4,369 bases of DNA from a virus (lineage: Duplodnaviria > Heunggongvirae > Uroviricota > Caudoviricetes): positions 1 to 4,369 of IMG/VR virus record IMGVR_UViG_2778261301_000015. One strand, written 5' to 3'. The notes below the pieces were generated by a model. It worked only from the letters and a program-made list of their open reading frames with translations, was not told where the DNA came from and searched no databases. The position numbers and the translations under genes are program-made. Positions 1 to 4,369 of this stretch are shown piece by piece. Positions within the stretch are counted from its first letter, which is position 1. Each line of letters opens with the position of its first letter.

Positions 1-825
1 TCAGGCACCAGAGGCGGCAAAAAATATCTCAGAAAGTTTCGTGGTGGAGAAGGAGACACTATCTGGCATGAAACAGTACAGGGCGGGGTTGTTCGCTGGG
101 CGACTGGTAATACTGATGCTCAGGAAGAATTATCACTCAGCTCCGCTTATGGTCTCCGTTCAAGAGGTGAGATTACATCAAGCAGTGCTAATGGTCTGCG
201 CATTGCTTATGGCAATTATGGATTCTTTATCAGGAATGATGGCAGCAGCACTTATTTTATGTTGACTAAATCAGGTGACAGATTAGGCACTTATAATAAT
301 TTAAGACCACTGATTATAAATGATGCCACGGGTGCTGTATCAATGGGGCATGGCCTGAGTGTTACTGGTGATATTGTCTCAAGTACCAAAGTACGTGCCG
401 GTAGCGGGAAAAAATTCACGGTCAGCAGCAGTAATACATCCACGAAGGAAGCCGCATTCAATTTGTGGGGAAACTCAAGTCGTCCGGTGGTGGCTGAATT
501 AGGTGATGATGCAGGCTGGCATTTTTACAGTCAGAGAAATACAGATAACAGCATCACTTTTGCTGTTAACGGGCAGGTATCACCATCTAACTATGGCAAC
601 TTTGATTCACGCTATGTCCGGGATATTCGGCTTGGTGGTGCTGCCACATACAAACCTGCGAACAATGGCATGACATGGACACATCAGGCACCGTCCGGGT
701 GTGTATATTCCGGCATTATTGTTCAGGATACCGGCTCAAACTCTGCCGATAACATTGGTGGCGTATATTACAGACCGGTGCAGAAATACATTAACGGGAC
801 TTGGTATAACGTGGCGCAGGTATAA
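1..825 (+). CDS. H: Tail fibre protein, C-terminal portion (P2 gpH-like); 5' end lies upstream of the window
   Basis: Frame 1 is open from base 1 to the TAA at 823-825 (translation begins SGTRGGKKYLRKFRGGEGDTIWHETVQGG..., ends ...YINGTWYNVAQV). The listed ORF 259-825 is only the part after an internal Met. The Gly/Ser/Thr/Asn-rich composition and the ending resemble P2-family tail fibre distal domains, and the gene is followed 3 nt later by a recognisable tail fibre assembly gene. Confidence 0.85.
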   Translation, partial: SGTRGGKKYLRKFRGGEGDTIWHETVQGGVVRWATGNTDAQEELSLSSAYGLRSRGEITSSSANGLRIAYGNYGFFIRNDGSSTYFMLTKSGDRLGTYNNLRPLIINDATGAVSMGHGLSVTGDIVSSTKVRAGSGKKFTVSSSNTSTKEAAFNLWGNSSRPVVAELGDDAGWHFYSQRNTDNSITFAVNGQVSPSNYGNFDSRYVRDIRLGGAATYKPANNGMTWTHQAPSGCVYSGIIVQDTGSNSADNIGGVYYRPVQKYINGTWYNVAQV

Positions 826-828
826 TTT

Positions 829-1356
829 ATGCAGCATTTGATAAATATAACGGCAGGTAATCCAAAAACGGTTGAACAATATCAATTAACAAGGGATTTT
901 GATGTTGTCTGGTTTTTTTCAGAAGATGGTAAGAACTGGTACGAAGAACAAAAGTATTTTGCTGATGACACGATAAAAATAGCGTACGACAAGGATAATA
1001 TCATCCGCTATGTGGAAAAGGATGTGACAGCTATCAGACCGGATGGATTAAGTGTTGTTGAAGTGGCGGATATTACTGCTAACCGACGGGCGGACATTTC
1101 AGGGGGCTGGATGTTTAAGGACGGCAAAGTGATTAAACGCATTTATACGGCAGAGGAATTGCAGCAGCAGGCAGAAAACCGGAAAGCCAGACTTCTTGCA
1201 GATGCTGAATCCGTGATTTTGCCGCTGGAGCGCGCTGTCAGGCTGAATATGGCTACAGAGGAGGAGCGCACACGACTGGAAGCATGGGAACGCTACAGCG
1301 TTCTGGTCAGTCGTGTGGATCCTGCAAATCCTGAATGGCCGGAAATGCCGCAATAA
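829..1356 (+). CDS. G: Tail fibre assembly protein / chaperone (P2 gpG-like)
   Basis: 175 aa ORF starting [40 protein letters not shown] and ending [21 protein letters not shown], which I recognise as closely resembling P2 gpG. The ATG at 829 lies 3 nt after the H stop with a GGT/AGG-like purine stretch upstream. Position and size match the P2 H-G arrangement. Confidence 0.9.
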   Translation: MQHLINITAGNPKTVEQYQLTRDFDVVWFFSEDGKNWYEEQKYFADDTIKIAYDKDNIIRYVEKDVTAIRPDGLSVVEVADITANRRADISGGWMFKDGKVIKRIYTAEELQQQAENRKARLLADAESVILPLERAVRLNMATEEERTRLEAWERYSVLVSRVDPANPEWPEMPQ

Positions 1357-1405
1357 GTTGTATGAGCTTACATACCTATAGCACAGAGTAAAGCCTAATC
1401 TGACA

Positions 1406-1436
1406 GTCCGCTCTGTGCCAAGAGCGGACGTTTATA
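1406..1436 (+). terminator. Candidate intrinsic terminator after the tail fibre genes
   Basis: Perfect 9-bp stem GTCCGCTCT (1406-1414) / AGAGCGGAC (1421-1429) with a 6-nt loop GTGCCA, followed by GTTTATAA. The T-tract is short and interrupted, so strength is uncertain. It lies 50 nt after the G stop. Confidence 0.45.
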
Positions 1437-1561
1437 ACATTATGAATAATTTATGTTAAAGCATGATTATGCCATTATAGTAGTCTCGCATTGAACTCTT
1501 CATGCCACCATTCTTGTTGGAGCAATTTGTATGATATAATAGTAATCATTACACTTAGTTC

Positions 1562-2485
1562 TTAATGAGGGTTCATTGTCAAATCAAGTGAGTCAGGCAG
1601 TGAATCTCTTTGTTCTTTGGTATAAACATGTAATTTAGCCTTAAAACCTAGAATATCACCTTCCATGGTTAAGAATCGCCCTTTCTCTGCAAAGAACATG
1701 GGATTAATATCTCTACGAACAACATCAGCAAACCAATTAGCTGATTTTGTGGCTTCCACTAACCAATTATGACATTCTTGAATCCATTGCTTATATTTTT
1801 CAACGTCTTCTTCATAATTAACATTCCAGCCACCAGTTTTATAAAATTTATCTGGATAATAAGTGTCTTCATAAAGTTTAGAATGTTCCATGAAAGTTTG
1901 AGCGGCTATGTTAAGGGTTATGGAAAATGTTTCAGTGGCTCTTCGCAGTTCATCAAACTCATTAGGCCATATAGCAGAAATGACTTTTTGCCGAAATTCA
2001 AATATATCATCGGGTAAATTTTTAGGCCACTTAGGATCTGATGATAATGCAAAGCTAGTCCAATTCTGCCAATTTTCTAAACGACAATATTTTACTGCGG
2101 AGTCAATTATTGAAGTTACTGAAACTTGCTTAGCTAGAAAAAATTTATCTTCAACTCTACTAAGAGTTTCAGAAACCCATAACTCATGTGCTGACTTAAC
2201 GTTATAGAGTTTTTCGGCTGGCCAATCTTCTACATTTCTATCAATTTCCGTATGATGGTTTGGGCAAAGGAGAATAAGATTGTGATAACTATTTCTTTCA
2301 TCCAGAGTTAAATTCGATTTTCCTCGAGCCGCATCTTCCTTCTCTCCAATAATATGTGCCTGTTCCCCCAGTGTAAATGCGGAATTAACGGAGTTCTTAT
2401 CCTGTGTCAACTCTCTCTTACAAATTGCACATCGATTTCCGGAACGCCCCCACAACAATTTGATGTCTTTTTGATTTATTGCCAT
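1562..2485 (-). CDS. HNH nuclease-domain protein with uncharacterised C-terminal domain (about 307 aa); candidate anti-phage / exclusion cargo gene
   Basis: Minus-strand ORF with stop TAA at 1564-1562. Numbering from the Met at 2485-2483 (MAINQKDIKLLWGRSGNRCAICKREL...), the protein has CxxC at residues 19-22, His44 in EQAHIIGE, Asn69 in YHNLILLC, and C74-P-N-H77-H78, which is the arrangement of a zinc-binding HNH fold. A Shine-Dalgarno-like AAGGGA lies 9 nt upstream of this ATG and a perfect TATAAT further upstream. The remaining roughly 230 residues (WPAEKLYNVKSAHELW...WNVNYEEDVEKYKQWIQECHNWL...) carry no motif I recognise. Confidence 0.75.
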   Translation of the reverse strand: MAINQKDIKLLWGRSGNRCAICKRELTQDKNSVNSAFTLGEQAHIIGEKEDAARGKSNLTLDERNSYHNLILLCPNHHTEIDRNVEDWPAEKLYNVKSAHELWVSETLSRVEDKFFLAKQVSVTSIIDSAVKYCRLENWQNWTSFALSSDPKWPKNLPDDIFEFRQKVISAIWPNEFDELRRATETFSITLNIAAQTFMEHSKLYEDTYYPDKFYKTGGWNVNYEEDVEKYKQWIQECHNWLVEATKSANWFADVVRRDINPMFFAEKGRFLTMEGDILGFKAKLHVYTKEQRDSLPDSLDLTMNPH

Positions 2486-2513
2486 GTTAAATATTCCCTT
2501 TGGGTGAGTTAAA

Positions 2514-2550
2514 CCCAATATTATAGTTTTTATATAAACAAAAAAAGTAG
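2514..2550 (-). promoter_or_regulatory. Candidate sigma70 promoter for the HNH gene
   Basis: On the minus strand there is a perfect -10 hexamer TATAAT (plus coordinates 2525-2520) preceded by an A/T-rich tract (TTTTTTTGTTTATATAAAAAC) that could act as an UP element. The -35 at 17-bp spacing (ACTTTT) is weak. The predicted transcript start near 2512 gives a leader of about 27 nt containing the AAGGGA ribosome-binding site. Confidence 0.35.
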
Positions 2551-2813
2551 TTTGCCAGAAATTATCATAAAAAAGATGCCTAAAGCCATCTTTCATTAAG
2601 TAATCAGAAAGGCCAAAGGTTGATATTTTCCCCTGGGGATTTTGTCAGGCCTAACCTGAAGGCATTCAATTCCCACTCGTTCTGCATCCTGATTAGCTGC
2701 CATTTGGCCGATATATTGGGTCGTTAAAACCTCATCAACGACGAGAAAAGGGGCAAACATCCGCTTCTTGCTCAAACAGGCGGTCAGATTTGACAGAATT
2801 TAGGTTACGTAAT

Positions 2814-2842
2814 TTGTCAGTTGGAAACTGAGAGAGTATAAA
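2814..2842 (+). promoter_or_regulatory. Candidate sigma70-like promoter on the + strand upstream of FI
   Basis: TTGTCA at 2814-2819 (5 of 6 matches to TTGACA), a 17-bp spacer, then TATAAA at 2837-2842 (5 of 6 matches to TATAAT). This is sequence pattern only, and its role relative to the expected Ogr-dependent late promoter is unknown. Confidence 0.2.
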
Positions 2843-2853
2843 TCAAGGCACCC

Positions 2854-2879
2854 GGCGGATTGCCCGCCTTTTCTTTATC
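2854..2879 (+). terminator. Terminator-like GC hairpin plus T-run (possible attenuator or leader structure)
   Basis: GGCGG (2854-2858), loop ATTGC, CCGCC (2864-2868), followed by TTTTCTTTATC (2869-2879). The stem is only 5 bp. It is oriented for + strand transcription and lies about 95 nt upstream of the FI start. Confidence 0.3.
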
Positions 2880-2972
2880 TGTTGTTTCATCCACTGACCA
2901 GCCAGGTCAAATAGCGTCTCATGTACTGCCCAACAGAAAATAGTTGCACCCATTAACCACGGAGTTAAACGG

Positions 2973-4163
2973 ATGAGTGACTATCATCACGGCGTGCAGG
3001 TGCTGGAGATTAACGACGGCACCCGCGTCATTTCCACCGTATCCACGGCCATTGTCGGCATGGTCTGTACGGCCAGCGATGCGGATGCCGAAACCTTCCC
3101 CCTCAATAAACCGGTACTGATTACCAATGTGCAGAGCGCAATTGCAAAGGCCGGTAAAAAAGGCACGCTGGCGGCGTCGTTACAGGCCATCGCTGACCAG
3201 TCAAAACCGGTCACCGTTGTTGTGCGTGTGGAAGACGGCACCGGCGACGACGAGGAAACGAAACTCGCGCAGACCGTTTCCAATATCATCGGCACCACCG
3301 ACGAAAACGGTCAGTACACCGGACTGAAAGCCCTGCTGGCGGCGGAGTCGGTAACTGGTGTTAAACCGCGTATTCTCGGCGTGCCGGGACTGGATACCAA
3401 AGAGGTGGCTGTTGCACTGGCATCAGTCTGTCAGAAGCTGCGCGCTTTCGGGTATATCAGCGCATGGGGCTGTAAAACCATTTCCGAGGTGAAAGCCTAC
3501 CGCCAGAATTTCAGCCAGCGTGAGCTGATGGTCATCTGGCCGGATTTCCTCGCATGGGATACGGTCACCAGTACCACCGCCACCGCGTATGCCACCGCTC
3601 GTGCACTGGGGCTGCGTGCCAAAATCGACCAGGAGCAGGGCTGGCATAAAACGCTGTCCAATGTCGGGGTGAACGGTGTTACCGGCATCAGCGCATCTGT
3701 ATTCTGGGATTTGCAGGAGTCCGGCACCGATGCTGACCTGCTTAACGAGTCAGGTGTCACAACGCTGATTCGCCGCGACGGTTTCCGCTTCTGGGGTAAC
3801 CGTACCTGCTCTGATGACCCACTGTTCCTCTTTGAAAACTACACCCGCACCGCGCAGGTGCTGGCCGACACGATGGCTGAGGCGCACATGTGGGCGGTGG
3901 ACAAGCCCATCACCGCAACGCTGATTCGCGACATCGTTGACGGCATCAATGCCAAATTCCGTGAGCTGAAAACAAACGGCTATATCGTGGATGCGACCTG
4001 CTGGTTCAGCGAAGAATCCAACGATGCGGAAACCCTCAAGGCCGGAAAACTGTATATCGACTACGACTATACACCGGTGCCTCCTCTCGAAAACCTGACC
4101 CTGCGCCAGCGTATTACCGATAAATACCTGGCAAATCTGGTCACCTCGGTTAACAGCAATTAA
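2973..4163 (+). CDS. FI: Contractile tail sheath protein (P2 gpFI)
   Basis: 396 aa ORF beginning MSDYHHGVQVLEINDGTRVISTVSTAIVGMVC and ending LANLVTSVNSN, which I recognise as P2-family tail sheath. GGAG at 2961-2964 sits 8 nt before the ATG. GC content is high and position-specific, typical of conserved P2 late genes. It is followed 12 nt later by the tail tube gene. Confidence 0.95.
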   Translation: MSDYHHGVQVLEINDGTRVISTVSTAIVGMVCTASDADAETFPLNKPVLITNVQSAIAKAGKKGTLAASLQAIADQSKPVTVVVRVEDGTGDDEETKLAQTVSNIIGTTDENGQYTGLKALLAAESVTGVKPRILGVPGLDTKEVAVALASVCQKLRAFGYISAWGCKTISEVKAYRQNFSQRELMVIWPDFLAWDTVTSTTATAYATARALGLRAKIDQEQGWHKTLSNVGVNGVTGISASVFWDLQESGTDADLLNESGVTTLIRRDGFRFWGNRTCSDDPLFLFENYTRTAQVLADTMAEAHMWAVDKPITATLIRDIVDGINAKFRELKTNGYIVDATCWFSEESNDAETLKAGKLYIDYDYTPVPPLENLTLRQRITDKYLANLVTSVNSN

Positions 4164-4175
4164 GGAGCCTGACCG

Positions 4176-4369
4176 ATGGCAATGCCGCGCAAACTCAAGT
4201 TAATGAACGTCTTTCTGAACGGCTACAGCTATCAGGGCGTTGCAAAGTCCGTCACGCTGCCAAAACTGACCCGTAAGCTCGAAAACTATCGCGGTGCGGG
4301 GATGAACGGCAGCGCACCGGTAGACCTCGGCCTTGATGACGATGCGCTGTCAATGGAGTGGTCGCTCGG
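4176..4369 (+). CDS. FII: Tail tube protein (P2 gpFII), N-terminal portion; 3' end lies beyond the window
   Basis: The ATG at 4176 is preceded by AGGAG at 4163-4167, which overlaps the FI stop. The translation MAMPRKLKLMNVFLNGYSYQGVAKSVTLPKLTRKLENYRGAGMNGSAPVDLGLDDDALSMEWSL runs open to the window end. I recognise it as the P2 FII N-terminus, and FI-FII synteny supports it. Confidence 0.9.
   Translation, partial: MAMPRKLKLMNVFLNGYSYQGVAKSVTLPKLTRKLENYRGAGMNGSAPVDLGLDDDALSMEWSL

Larger units (their letters stand above)
1437..2640. other. AT-rich accessory insert between G and FI (P2 Z/fun-position cargo island)
   Basis: Hand counts of sampled 60-nt lines give about 33% GC inside the insert (1621-1680) against about 58% in FI (3001-3060) and about 48% in the flanking 2641-2700 backbone. 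The insert holds a single gene in the opposite orientation to the tail operon. Boundaries are approximate, judged by composition only. Confidence 0.6.

Noticed and set aside
41-265. 74 aa + strand ORF in the ORF track
   Set aside because: It is out of frame with, and entirely inside, the tail fibre reading frame, which is open from base 1 to 825. Its hydrophobic, Leu/Met-rich translation looks like an off-frame artefact.
1099-1353. 84 aa minus-strand ORF
   Set aside because: It is antisense to, and wholly contained in, the well-supported tail fibre assembly gene G, with no independent signals.
1769-2207. Two + strand ORFs (1769-2017 and 1908-2207) antisense to the HNH gene
   Set aside because: They lie inside the minus-strand HNH coding region and are read from AT-rich sequence, giving Phe/Ile/Asn/Lys-rich low-complexity translations. 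No ribosome-binding site or promoter is evident.
2486-2596. The N-terminal 37 codons of the 344 aa ORF as real coding sequence
   Set aside because: There is no ribosome-binding site at the 2596 ATG, the segment contains the likely promoter -10 element, and its composition matches AT-rich non-coding DNA. The internal start at 2485 is preferred.
2791-2820. Possible inverted repeat TGACAGAATT ... AATTTGTCAG around a TACGTA core
   Set aside because: The arms do not pair without an indel, and centring on TACGTA fails after 1 bp. The better description is the direct repeat of TTTG(A/T)CAG reported in the findings.
2987-3760. Four overlapping ORFs inside FI (2987-3298 -, 3127-3327 +, 3423-3647 -, 3497-3760 -)
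   Set aside because: All are embedded in the tail sheath gene in alternative frames or on the opposite strand. Their Arg/Pro/Ser-rich translations are typical of off-frame reads through GC-rich coding sequence.
1-4369. Scan for tRNA or rRNA genes, CRISPR repeats, IS element terminal inverted repeats with a transposase, and integrase or attachment-site signatures
   Set aside because: None seen. There is no regularly spaced repeat array, no transposase-like ORF, and no cloverleaf-capable segment I could identify by eye. The window is tail genes plus one cargo gene.

Overview
This window is part of the tail-gene block of a P2-like (Peduovirus-type) phage or prophage, all on the + strand: the 3' portion of tail fibre gene H (1-825), tail fibre assembly gene G (829-1356), tail sheath gene FI (2973-4163) and the start of tail tube gene FII (4176 to window end). 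Between G and FI, the slot that holds the non-essential Z/fun gene in P2, sits an AT-rich insert of about 1.2 kb (roughly 1437-2640). It carries one reverse-strand gene (1562-2485, about 307 aa) with an N-terminal HNH nuclease motif and a roughly 230 aa C-terminal region I cannot assign to any family. It appears to have its own sigma70-type promoter (minus-strand TATAAT at 2520-2525) and is transcribed against the late tail operon. I consider it a candidate single-gene anti-phage or exclusion determinant; that function is inference and needs homology searches and plaque assays. Secondary observations are two overlapping alternative hairpins just after G, a plus-strand promoter-like element followed by a GC hairpin and T-run upstream of FI, and a 54-codon minus-strand ORF abutting the HNH gene. 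No tRNA, rRNA, CRISPR array, IS element or integrase is visible. All gene names rest on my recognition of the translated sequences, not on a database search.
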